In this document: positions 50,746 through 60,223 of the stretch, piece after piece | Numbering within the stretch: position 1 is the stretch's first letter | How the letters are laid out: every line of letters starts with the position of its first letter | Program-made: the position numbers and the translations under genes | Notes under the pieces: model-generated | Told to the model about the DNA's origin: nothing | Seen by the model: the letters and a program-made list of their open reading frames with translations, nothing else | Databases searched by the model: none | Assembly: GCA_963693055.1 (NCBI GenBank) | Contig: OY843751.1 | Span: 5,344,001 to 5,408,000 of the forward strand | DNA length: 64,000 nucleotides | Origin: a bacterium | Lineage (GTDB): Bacteria; Zhuqueibacterota; Zhuqueibacteria; Residuimicrobiales; Krinioviventaceae | Direction of reading: 5' to 3'

Positions 50746-50806
50746 AAAAAAATAAACCCTGCTGTTATTGAGGTGGTTTTGGCAGAAACCAGTAGACAGC
50801 AGGGTT
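50746..50806 (-). terminator. Long hairpin with T-tail after the secreted-protein gene
   Basis: 11-bp IR AACCCTGCTGT (50755-50765) / ACAGCAGGGTT (50796-50806), inner stem TGGTTT/AAACCA, T-run following on the minus strand. Confidence 0.65.
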
Positions 50807-50883
50807 CTGGGTGTAGCTTGGATCAATATAATATACATCGGGTCTGCAACCAGGTTACAGACCTTATTTCACATAACATTTAT

Positions 50884-53847
50884 TTATTTTACAAGAATCA
50901 TCTTTTTAACCTGCACATTGTTGCTACCAGCTTCCATACGGTAAAAGTAAACACCGCTGGTAAGGTGAGAAGCATCCCAGGTGATTGTATAGTTACCGGC
51001 AGTTTTTACACCGTTAACCAAAGTTGCAACCTGTTGACCCAGTTGGTTGAATACAGTAATATTAACATTTGCAGTCTGTTTTACCGTATATTCAATATTT
51101 GTACTGGGGTTGAACGGATTGGGATAATTCTGTGACAGTGTGTAATCAACCGGACGAGCAACCTGGTATGATTCATGGATTGAAGTTTCAATGATTTCAG
51201 CCAAACCATCATAAGCAACACCACCGGCTTCGGGACGAGGATCAAGACCATTGTCCTGCATACGGCTGATACTTGTCAAAGGTGAGCTTGATAAAAATTC
51301 ATTTGCATTTGCAGCATCACTCAACATTGCAGCAACTTCATCGCTGCCGCTTAATTCAGCCCAGCCTGAACCACCGGCAAAATCAAACCACAAGTTATTC
51401 TGGAATACAATTTCGCCAGCATCCAAACGATTTTTGCTGTCTTGTTTGGTTTCATCTTCAAGATCTTCAACAGTCATTGCAATACCGGCACAGTCACCAA
51501 TGATAGAGTTTTTATAAGCCCCACCCCAGTTGTCACGCAGGTTAAAAGCTGCATCTGTTTGAGAAGATTCCATTCCGGGACCAATCAAAGTTGCGTTGTA
51601 AATTTCCGGGAACGCAAACGGAGTACCATCTTCTGGTTTATGTCCTCCATCATGTTCGCCAAGGTGGCCTGCTGAAGCAGAATCCTGAATTGCGAACAGA
51701 AACTGCATTTTGGTACGTAAGCCCTGATCGTGATCAAAAGCATCATCACCACAGAAAGCAGAAATCAAATGAGAGTTGTTCACTGTTCCGCCAAACCATT
51801 CATAACCGTCGTCTTTGTTTGCAAACACTTCAATATGGTCGATTGTTGTACCGTCACCAACAGAGCCCAGGGTCAACCCATTGATCTCATCACCAGGGGC
51901 CAACTCGGTACCACCATGACGGATCGAGATATATCTCAAAAGACCAGAGCTGTCATGATCATCATCACCACCAACCAGGGTACGTTCGGATTGTTCGGAA
52001 ATACCTTCAATGTAAAAAGCTTCGCCTTCATTCGTAGTTGCATTACCAATCAGAATCAAACCACCCCATTCACCGCGAGTATTAAAATCCAGATCATAAG
52101 GATCGGTAACATCATCGTTGATAGAAGTAAAGATGATCGGGTTAACACCAGTACCTTCGGCAAATAACTGTGCGCCATTACAGATTACCAGCGCACTGGT
52201 ATTCTCACCAGATTCTGATTTCGCTTTAATAACAGTACCTGCTTCAATATTCAATTCAGCACCAGATTCAACATATACCAGTCCATCCAACACATAAATA
52301 TTATCAGCAGTCCAGAAAACTTTATCTCCTGCGATAATATCGTCATCTACAATAGTAACTTCAGTTGCAGGTACTTTATCGGCAGCAAAGAAACCATATT
52401 CATCTAAAGCAGTCCAACCTTTTGCCCAGTTGGTCTGACCAAAAGCGCCTTTGTAATTCACTTGTTCAAAGAAACCATCATTCGGAATTTCTGCAAGTTC
52501 TTGATAAGCAACTCCACCGGCAGCAGGACGAGGATCAAGGCCATTGTCCTGTAAGCGGCTTATGCTTGTTAATGGAGAAGCATTCAATAATTCATTTGCG
52601 TTACCAGCGTCACCCAGCATTGCTGCTACAGCACTACTACCGCTCAGATCTGCCCAGGTCGTGCCACCTGCCAAATCAAACCACAGGTTGTTCTGGAAAA
52701 CAATTTCGCCGGCATCCAAACGGTTTTTACTATCTTGTTTGGTTTCATCTTCAAGATCTTCAACAGTCATCGCGATTCCCGCACAATCGCCAATGATAGA
52801 ATTTTTATAAACGCCACCCCAATTGTCGCGTAAATTAAATGCAGCATCCGTTTGAGAGGACTCCATTCCCGGTCCAATCAAAGTTGCATTAAATACCTGG
52901 GGATACGCATAAGGAGTCCCATCCTCTGGTTTATGTCCGCCATCATGTTCGCCAAGGTGACCTGCAGATGCGGAGTCTTGAATTGCGAACAGAAACTGCA
53001 TTTTAGTGCGTAAGCCCTGATCGTGATCAAAAGCATCATCACCACAATATGCAGCAATCAAATGAGAACAGTTAACAGTACCACCGAACCACTCAAAACC
53101 ATCATCTTTATTCGCAAAAACTTCAACATACTCGATGGTGGTTCCGCGACCTACTGAACCCAGGGTCAAACCATTGATCTCATCACCAGGGGCCAGTTCA
53201 GTACCACCATGACGAATAGAAACGTAACGCAAAACACCAGAGTTATCATCATCATCATCACCGCCAACCAGGGTGCGTTCAGACTGTTCAGAGATACCTT
53301 CAATATAGAAATTCTCGCCTTCGTTTGTAGTAGCGTTACCAATGATAATCAATCCACCCCATTCTCCACGGGTGTTGAAATCCAGATCATAAGGATCAGT
53401 AACATCATCGTTGATAGAAGTAAAAATGATAGGTTTTACAGCAGTACCTTCAGCAAATATCTGCGCGCCATTACAGATAACCAAAGCACTGGTATTCTCA
53501 CCGGATTCACTTTTAGCTTTAATAATAGTACCAGCTTCAATATTCAATACACCACCGGCTTCAAGATATACAAGACCATCCAATATATAAATATTATCAG
53601 CAGTCCAGTAATAAATTTCACCACCAGCCAGGTCAGCATCAGTAATGGTTACTTGATTTACGGGTTCTTTATCAGCCGCAAAAAAACCATATTCATCCAT
53701 TGCGGTCCAACCTTTCATCCAGTTGGAAGAACCAAAGGCTCCCTTATAGTTTACCTGATCATAAAATTCTACGGTATCGGCAAACAAAACACCGCAAAGA
53801 GCAACAGTAACAATTAGCGTTAAAAGGGCAAACAATTTTGCTCTCAT
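50884..53847 (-). CDS. Secreted acidic protein with two tandem ~431-aa beta-helix-like repeats and a C-terminal T9SS-type sorting domain
   Basis: Signal peptide; duplicated LDGLVY..IEAGT, EINGLTLGSVG, DDG(F/Y)EWFGG; CTD LSQNYPNPFNPST...SGVYFYRM...KKMILVK. Confidence 0.88.
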   Translation of the reverse strand: MRAKLFALLTLIVTVALCGVLFADTVEFYDQVNYKGAFGSSNWMKGWTAMDEYGFFAADKEPVNQVTITDADLAGGEIYYWTADNIYILDGLVYLEAGGVLNIEAGTIIKAKSESGENTSALVICNGAQIFAEGTAVKPIIFTSINDDVTDPYDLDFNTRGEWGGLIIIGNATTNEGENFYIEGISEQSERTLVGGDDDDDNSGVLRYVSIRHGGTELAPGDEINGLTLGSVGRGTTIEYVEVFANKDDGFEWFGGTVNCSHLIAAYCGDDAFDHDQGLRTKMQFLFAIQDSASAGHLGEHDGGHKPEDGTPYAYPQVFNATLIGPGMESSQTDAAFNLRDNWGGVYKNSIIGDCAGIAMTVEDLEDETKQDSKNRLDAGEIVFQNNLWFDLAGGTTWADLSGSSAVAAMLGDAGNANELLNASPLTSISRLQDNGLDPRPAAGGVAYQELAEIPNDGFFEQVNYKGAFGQTNWAKGWTALDEYGFFAADKVPATEVTIVDDDIIAGDKVFWTADNIYVLDGLVYVESGAELNIEAGTVIKAKSESGENTSALVICNGAQLFAEGTGVNPIIFTSINDDVTDPYDLDFNTRGEWGGLILIGNATTNEGEAFYIEGISEQSERTLVGGDDDHDSSGLLRYISIRHGGTELAPGDEINGLTLGSVGDGTTIDHIEVFANKDDGYEWFGGTVNNSHLISAFCGDDAFDHDQGLRTKMQFLFAIQDSASAGHLGEHDGGHKPEDGTPFAFPEIYNATLIGPGMESSQTDAAFNLRDNWGGAYKNSIIGDCAGIAMTVEDLEDETKQDSKNRLDAGEIVFQNNLWFDFAGGSGWAELSGSDEVAAMLSDAANANEFLSSSPLTSISRMQDNGLDPRPEAGGVAYDGLAEIIETSIHESYQVARPVDYTLSQNYPNPFNPSTNIEYTVKQTANVNITVFNQLGQQVATLVNGVKTAGNYTITWDASHLTSGVYFYRMEAGSNNVQVKKMILVK
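51181..53766 (-). repeat. Intragenic tandem duplication with 1293-bp period
   Basis: Near-identical DNA at offset 1293, e.g. CAGGGTCAA(A/C)CCATTGATCTCATCACCAGGGGCCA at 51868 and 53161. Confidence 0.92.
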
Positions 53848-53930
53848 TAGAACAACTCCTTTTTTAATTGTGTAATTTTATTTAGCTTTATATACAATGA
53901 ATTAAAGCCTGTATCATTCATCTCTTGGTA

Positions 53931-56831
53931 TTATAAATTGTATTTAAATCCCATAGAGAAAGTTCTGCCGGTCTGAAACCTCTGATAGATGTATTCAGTA
54001 TCTTTAAACTCGTAGGTTCGTTTTTCATAGGTATCCAAAATATTGTTCACCGCGAGTTTAACCGACATGTGGTTTATCAGTTTCTTTGTTATTGAAAAAT
54101 TCAAAATGGTTGCGGGTTGTTCATAAATATCGGGTGTGGGGTATTCACCAATTGACGATAACCGTTGACCGAAAATATTTAAGTACAAGCTGGCATTTAA
54201 TCCTCTATCATAATTATCATACGCCAGACTCAGATTTAACAAATAAGGTGACTGACCCTGAAAGGGACGCGTATAGTTGACAACCGCGCTGGTATCACTC
54301 TGCTGCTGATATTCGTCTAAAAGGTCTTTATTGGTATATTGTATTTCTGATTCAATCAATGACAAGTTGCCGCTAAAGGTAAAATTGTTCAACGCATGGT
54401 GAAGCACATCCAGTTTCTTGCGCATTTCAAATTCAACACCATAGGTTGTAGCTTCTGCAACATTTCTCCAACTGAACCAACTGTTTCCACCTTTTAACAG
54501 GACCTGAACAATTGGGTCCGTAAAATCTTTATAGAACGCGCTTATGGCATAAATCTCACCCGGGCGGCTGAACCATTCCCAACGAAGATCAAAATTATCT
54601 ATCAGGGTACGTTTTAAATTTGAATATCCTCTAAACTTGTCACCTTCTTTAAAGTCATAAGATGCAAATCCTGATATTTCACGGAAAGAAGGTCTTGCAA
54701 GGGTGCGTCCATAAGCAACCCTGGCATTCATATTTTCACTCAAACTGTAAACAAAATTAACAGATGGCAGCAGATCATGAGTTTCAATAGCGCCACTGTA
54801 TTGCGGATCCGGGTCCAGACTGTTTACAAACATGTCTGTTGACTCGTAACGCGCGCCACCAATAAAACGTAATTTCCGGGTTACCGGCACATCTACCATG
54901 GCATATGTTGCATCAACAACCTGTTCTGCATCATAATTACTGGATTGCTGTGCAGTTTCTTCAAGAATAATACCCATTGTGTTATAAGTTCTTATTTCAC
55001 CATTGGGTAAAGTTCTGGTTTCCTGACCAATCAGACCCAATACATCAGAGGTCAATGTTGAATTCAGGTCATCCTGATTAATTCTAAACCGGTCTTGAAG
55101 ATCGCTATTGGGATCATAAACAAAACGTCTTTCAAGAAAATCACGCTGACGGGTAGAATAACTATAACCAAACTTTAAAGAACCGGTGCGCATAAAGGCA
55201 AAATTCATAGGTACTGTAAAATCTAATTTGTAATCATTCCGGTCTTCTTCAAGATTTCTATAATAACGTTCCTGGGCGGTGTTGGAGCGAATACCAATCA
55301 AACCATTTGCGTTTTGATAAAAATTCAAATAACGGGTATCAGGTTCATCCTGGGTTGTACGAGAGGTTGCTATTTTCCAATCCGCTTTAATGCCCCAAAA
55401 CGCATCAAGCTGATGGCTTCCATCTATATGCACAGATCTCAAACTGCGTTCATTATATTGTTGAGCAGTAGCAATATAAGTGTCATCTTTTGCATAATCA
55501 TACGGGAAAATGCCCGAGAAAATCCTTGAAGTTGCCACGGCGTTCTGATTATACAATCCGGTTACACTGATCAAATCACGGGATGTTGGTTTGTATGACG
55601 TTTTCAAAGTTGCGCCCCAAAGTACATCGTCAGTGGTTTTATGATCATTCAAGTCATACCACATATCCAAACCCGATGCTTTGGAAGGATCAAGAACATC
55701 CAATCCCCAGCGATTATACTCACCATCATCATAATTCTTATAAGAACGGCTATATGTCAAACTACCCAAGTAACCAAATGGCTTGCCGAACAATTCAAAC
55801 TGATTACCCGCAGAGAATGAATAACTTTGGGCCATTGGTAATGTTGCCGTATTTGGCATCATATTGTGATTAAAGGATTTTACAATAACATCCTGAAATT
55901 GGGCCAACTCTGAATTGGTTCTGGGATTCCCTTCAAAAGTCAACAAATCATTACCAACAATACCCGGTAGTGAAAGAGAACCATTATCAAAACCCAACCA
56001 ACGCAAATTCCCGGCATCTGTTACACGTAAAGCATTATCATTAAATGTTGCCTGGGTATTATATGATGTGCTGGCTGAAAAATTCAAGGTAAGCTGTTCG
56101 GGAAAATCTTTGGTTTTAATATCAACAGTACCACCGGAAAAATCACCCGCTTTATCCGGAGTAAAGCTTTTTACCGTAACAATATTATCAATCAAGCCCG
56201 AAGGAATAAGATCAATAGAACCGGAACGTGCATAGGGATCTGAACTGGGAAGCTCGGCTCCATTCAACTGAGTACTGGTATATCTATCTCCTAAACCACG
56301 CACAAATACTTTTTTACCACCTACAACAGAAGCACCGGTAACACCCTTCATGGCTTCGGCTGCGTCTCCTGCTCCGGCCTGGGTAATTGCCTCGGCACTG
56401 ATTGCGTCGCTTACGGATGTTGCCTTTTGACGATCTTTGAGCAGCACTGCTTCAGTATTCTTGACTGCCTTTGCGGTAACAACCACTTCCTGCCCTTCAA
56501 GCACTTCCATACCCATGGCAAAATCAAGCTTTTCAACCTGACCTTCATTAACCTCAACACCTTCAATTCTAAAATTTGAATAACCGATATAAGTTGAAAC
56601 CAAAGAATACGTACCGGCAGGCAATCCTTTGATTCGATAAACCCCTTCAAGGTCTGTCGCAGAACCTCTGCGAGTTCCCTCAATGACAACATTCACACCC
56701 GGTAATGGAGTACCTGTTTCCTTGTCTACCACTTTACCTGTAATGGTTCCATTGCCCTGAGAAAATACCACACTGGTATAGCTCAACATAAAAAGCAGCA
56801 AAGCGGATAAAATTAGACGTTTTCTTAACAT
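53931..56831 (-). CDS. TonB-dependent receptor with N-terminal carboxypeptidase-regulatory-like domain
   Basis: GTITGKVVDKETG.PLPGVNV, plug VFVRGLGDRY...IDLIP...KSFTPD..GDFSGG, barrel ending FSMGFKYNL. Confidence 0.94.
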   Translation of the reverse strand: MLRKRLILSALLLFMLSYTSVVFSQGNGTITGKVVDKETGTPLPGVNVVIEGTRRGSATDLEGVYRIKGLPAGTYSLVSTYIGYSNFRIEGVEVNEGQVEKLDFAMGMEVLEGQEVVVTAKAVKNTEAVLLKDRQKATSVSDAISAEAITQAGAGDAAEAMKGVTGASVVGGKKVFVRGLGDRYTSTQLNGAELPSSDPYARSGSIDLIPSGLIDNIVTVKSFTPDKAGDFSGGTVDIKTKDFPEQLTLNFSASTSYNTQATFNDNALRVTDAGNLRWLGFDNGSLSLPGIVGNDLLTFEGNPRTNSELAQFQDVIVKSFNHNMMPNTATLPMAQSYSFSAGNQFELFGKPFGYLGSLTYSRSYKNYDDGEYNRWGLDVLDPSKASGLDMWYDLNDHKTTDDVLWGATLKTSYKPTSRDLISVTGLYNQNAVATSRIFSGIFPYDYAKDDTYIATAQQYNERSLRSVHIDGSHQLDAFWGIKADWKIATSRTTQDEPDTRYLNFYQNANGLIGIRSNTAQERYYRNLEEDRNDYKLDFTVPMNFAFMRTGSLKFGYSYSTRQRDFLERRFVYDPNSDLQDRFRINQDDLNSTLTSDVLGLIGQETRTLPNGEIRTYNTMGIILEETAQQSSNYDAEQVVDATYAMVDVPVTRKLRFIGGARYESTDMFVNSLDPDPQYSGAIETHDLLPSVNFVYSLSENMNARVAYGRTLARPSFREISGFASYDFKEGDKFRGYSNLKRTLIDNFDLRWEWFSRPGEIYAISAFYKDFTDPIVQVLLKGGNSWFSWRNVAEATTYGVEFEMRKKLDVLHHALNNFTFSGNLSLIESEIQYTNKDLLDEYQQQSDTSAVVNYTRPFQGQSPYLLNLSLAYDNYDRGLNASLYLNIFGQRLSSIGEYPTPDIYEQPATILNFSITKKLINHMSVKLAVNNILDTYEKRTYEFKDTEYIYQRFQTGRTFSMGFKYNL

Positions 56832-56900
56832 TTAAATACCTCAATGATTCAAGTTTCTGCCAATTTATTACAGACAAATATACTTTTAGCACGTTAGCAA

Positions 56901-56933
56901 GCGATAAAGTCAATGTTAAGAAATTGTAAAGTG
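56901..56933 (-). promoter_or_regulatory. Pho-box-like 11-bp direct repeats upstream of the TonB receptor
   Basis: Plus strand GCGATAAAGTC-AATGTTAAGAA-ATTGTAAAGTG. Confidence 0.6.
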
Positions 56934-56954
56934 GGAAAATGCAAGAAAAGAGGC

Positions 56955-56989
56955 AAAAAAAAAGCGTCTGCAAATAAATACAGACGCTT
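56955..56989 (-). terminator. Intrinsic terminator of the phosphate transporter gene
   Basis: AAGCGTCTG / CAGACGCTT stem followed by a long T-run on the minus strand. Confidence 0.8.
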
Positions 56990-57012
56990 GACATTTATTT
57001 AAAAAAAGAATA

Positions 57013-59235
57013 CTAACTGGGATCAGGAATTTCAGTATTGGCTATACCGGCAAGCAATTGTGTTGTTTGCGATGTAATTGCTTCAGTATGGTTCAAGATA
57101 TCCAAATATAACAGGCTTTGACGAGTGCGATAATTGCCCTGTCTTACTCGCTTTAAATGGTTGCGGTTCAATTCCTGAATGGTCATTCTAATCTTTTCAC
57201 CACTTTCCAGACATTCATCAACCGTCAAATCATCATCTTTTAAATATTCAGCAGAACGTTTAAAAAATTTAGATACCTGTTTTTTCAGAGTAGCCAATTC
57301 TTCTTTTTGTTCATCCAAAAGACCAATATGCTGATTTTCAACATAAATCAAACAAATCTCTGAAAGTTCTTTCATTTTTTGGCTGCTCTCTGTAATGCCA
57401 CTGAAAATAATGGGATCAACATCAATTACATCAGAGTCAGGCATTTGCATAATGTTTAACACGCGGGTTAACAATTTATTAGATGTTTTGCAAATCTTTT
57501 TCGAATTTGATTTTGCATCTTTTAATTTATTGCGATTTTGTTTAGAAATGCCATTATAAACCAATTCAAGATTGTTCTCAATCTTGTTAAAATATTTATC
57601 TAATTTTTTGGTTAATTTGTTAAATTCCTGCAATGGTGAAGAATCCAACACATCCAGCTCTATATCCTCTGATTCTTCTTTTTCTTTTTTTGTATGATAA
57701 ATTTGTGTACGGAAAAGCACAAATGCTACTAACAAAGTCAACAGAATGGTAGCTGGCCATGGGAAAAAATAGATCAACGTAGCAAACAACATTGCAACTG
57801 TAGATGCAACCAAAGCAGTTAAAAACCATCCACCAATTACTGTCAATACACCCGAAATACGATATACAGCACTATCGCGTCCCCAGGCACGATCAGATAA
57901 CGATGTACCCATCGCTACCATAAAGGTAACATACGTTGTTGAAAGCGGTAATTTTAAAGAAGTACCTAACGAGATCAACATACTTGCAACCATCAGGTTA
58001 ACTGATGCTCGTAATAAATCCCAATTGGCAGTATCTTTAGCTTTTTTATTATTTGTTTTAACACGTTGAAAACGGTTATCAATATAACTTTTTACAGAAC
58101 CGGGAATCGCTCTTACAACAACCTGTCCTTGAGAAATAAACATACGCAAGATCATGCGTGAAAAGCCTGAAGGCTCAAATCTTTCATCGCCTTCATCCTG
58201 ACGTGCAAGTCCCAACTCGGTTTTACTTACCGTTCGTGCCTTTTTGGATATCCACAATGTTGCTACCATCACAGTACCAGCTATCAATAGCATCCAGGTT
58301 TCAGTTTGTACCGGCCCAGACAATGCTTTCATACTGGCAGTTAATGGGTTTGCTTCAGCCATACCATGCTTGTATGTACTATAACCAGCCAGCGGAACAC
58401 CAATAAAATTTACCAAATCATTTGCTGCAAAGGCCATTGCAAGAGCAAAGGTACCCATCAGAATAATAATTTTGAGGATATTAATACGGGTAAACACTAT
58501 GATAAACAAAAAGATAACAGACCATACAACAAAACTGGAACCTAAAATAATCAAGGTATGGGTTTTGATCCAGGTTAGCATTTCTGCACTGATAAAAGAA
58601 GCACCTTTTGCACCTTTAATCAAAATAAAATATGTAATTGCAGATAATGCAACACCACCCCAAAACGCGCCATAACGTTTTAAACGCTTTTCAAAATCAA
58701 AAGTAAAAATCAAACGCGTAATAAATTGAACAATCATACCTACAGTAAATGCTACAACAATGGATAACAAGATACCTGTTATAATCATTAACGCTTTTGC
58801 CGTATTGATATAATTGGCAAGCGCTTCTATACCTTCCCCAGACAGCGTTACTTTAATCAAAGAAATGGCAACAGCAGCACCCAACAACTCGAACACTATA
58901 GATACGGTTGTTGAAGTTGGCAAGCCAAAGGTGTTAAACAGATCCAACAATATAACTTCTGTAATCATTACTGCAATAAAAATATACAGCAATTCGGGCA
59001 TTGTAAAAAATTCGGGATGAAAGATACCTTTTCTGGCAACCTCCATCATTCCACTTGAAAACATTACCCCTATAAGAATACCAAAGCTGGCAATCAATAC
59101 AATAACCCAACGGGGAGCAGCCTTGGAGCCTACCGCAGAATTCATAAAATTCACGGCATCATTACTTACACCTACCATCAAATCGGATAAAGCCAATCCG
59201 AACAATACAATCACAACAAACAAATACAATTCCAT
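57013..59235 (-). CDS. Inorganic phosphate transporter (PiT/PHO4 family) with C-terminal helical PhoU-like domain
   Basis: GVSNDAVN, GLPTSTT, AANDLVN and LPLSTTY PiT signatures; ~220-aa soluble helical tail. Confidence 0.9.
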   Translation of the reverse strand: MELYLFVVIVLFGLALSDLMVGVSNDAVNFMNSAVGSKAAPRWVIVLIASFGILIGVMFSSGMMEVARKGIFHPEFFTMPELLYIFIAVMITEVILLDLFNTFGLPTSTTVSIVFELLGAAVAISLIKVTLSGEGIEALANYINTAKALMIITGILLSIVVAFTVGMIVQFITRLIFTFDFEKRLKRYGAFWGGVALSAITYFILIKGAKGASFISAEMLTWIKTHTLIILGSSFVVWSVIFLFIIVFTRINILKIIILMGTFALAMAFAANDLVNFIGVPLAGYSTYKHGMAEANPLTASMKALSGPVQTETWMLLIAGTVMVATLWISKKARTVSKTELGLARQDEGDERFEPSGFSRMILRMFISQGQVVVRAIPGSVKSYIDNRFQRVKTNNKKAKDTANWDLLRASVNLMVASMLISLGTSLKLPLSTTYVTFMVAMGTSLSDRAWGRDSAVYRISGVLTVIGGWFLTALVASTVAMLFATLIYFFPWPATILLTLLVAFVLFRTQIYHTKKEKEESEDIELDVLDSSPLQEFNKLTKKLDKYFNKIENNLELVYNGISKQNRNKLKDAKSNSKKICKTSNKLLTRVLNIMQMPDSDVIDVDPIIFSGITESSQKMKELSEICLIYVENQHIGLLDEQKEELATLKKQVSKFFKRSAEYLKDDDLTVDECLESGEKIRMTIQELNRNHLKRVRQGNYRTRQSLLYLDILNHTEAITSQTTQLLAGIANTEIPDPS

Positions 59236-59404
59236 ACATTCTCTCGCTTTTTCAAAACGATAACTTGCTATATTTGAATTGATTTAGAACGTACTAAACC
59301 AAGTTTAAAAAATTTATTAAAATATAACCTTTAATACAATTAAAAAAACCGCAAAACTCTCTCAAAAGCCCTGTTTTAATGAAAATATTCATTTTTTTTC
59401 ATCC

Positions 59405-59448
59405 AATGTTAAGTTAATGTTAAGATAATGTAAAGGAAATTTTAAGAC
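59405..59448 (-). promoter_or_regulatory. Four 11-bp direct repeats (Pho-box-like) between the divergent pit and phoBR genes
   Basis: AATGTTAAGTT-AATGTTAAGAT-AATGTAAAGGA-AATTTTAAGAC; reads TTAACA-N5-TTAACA on the minus strand. Confidence 0.8.
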
Positions 59449-59523
59449 ATTTACACTTGATTTAATGAATTTTAAGATGTAATTTTAATCGTTGTATATA
59501 TTCATAATATAAAGATTGAAAAT

Positions 59524-60210
59524 ATGTCTAAAAAAATATTAATAGTAGATGATGAAAAAGATATCCTTGACTTGTTGGAATTCAATTTACAAAACGAAGG
59601 CTATAATACTGTAACAGCCAGCGATGGTGAACAAGCTCTTTTAACCGCAAAAGCAGAAAATCCGGATTTGATTATTTTAGACATTATGCTACCGGGTAAG
59701 GATGGTTGGGAAGTCTTGAAAGAATTGAGAAAAGATCCCCAAACTCTAGATATTCCTGTTATCTTTTTAACCGCCAAAGATAGTGAAATTGACGAAGTTC
59801 TTGGGCTTGAATTGGGAGCCGACGACTATATTGTAAAACCCATAAGTATTCGAAAATTACTTGCGCGTATCAAAAAAGTATTAAAACGTTCAAAAACCAA
59901 ACAACCGGAAAATGATGATCGTATTATTGTTGATGAACTAGTTATCGACCCGCAAAGTTATAAAGTGACATCAGCAGACCAGGATATTGTTCTAACAAAA
60001 AAAGAATTTGATATACTCTATTATATGGCAAAACGTCCCGGACGGGTTATTACCCGCAAGATCCTTCTCGATGAAATCTGGGATGAAAATGTAGTGGTTA
60101 TTGATCGGACTATTGATGTACATATCCGCAAAATCAGAGAAAAACTGGGCACTGAAAACATGGGCCTGATTGAGACCATCAAAGGCGTTGGCTATCGCTT
60201 CAAAGTCTGA
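59524..60210 (+). CDS. phoB: OmpR-family response regulator, PhoB/PhoP type
   Basis: REC domain (VDDE, LDIMLP, GADDYIVKP) plus wHTH (DRTIDVHIRKIREKLG, IETIKGVGYRF); phosphate gene context. Confidence 0.85.
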   Translation: MSKKILIVDDEKDILDLLEFNLQNEGYNTVTASDGEQALLTAKAENPDLIILDIMLPGKDGWEVLKELRKDPQTLDIPVIFLTAKDSEIDEVLGLELGADDYIVKPISIRKLLARIKKVLKRSKTKQPENDDRIIVDELVIDPQSYKVTSADQDIVLTKKEFDILYYMAKRPGRVITRKILLDEIWDENVVVIDRTIDVHIRKIREKLGTENMGLIETIKGVGYRFKV

Positions 60211-60223
60211 ATTTTAATTATAT

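Noticed and set aside
53209-53817. 202-aa antisense ORF, and similar shadow ORFs such as 24322-24936, 34916-35572 and 25654-26172
   Set aside because: They lie opposite well-supported genes, show no recognisable motifs and are explained by codon bias of the sense gene
59405-59448. CRISPR array or iterons
   Set aside because: The units are 11 bp and contiguous with no spacers; there are no cas or rep genes; a response-regulator site explains them better
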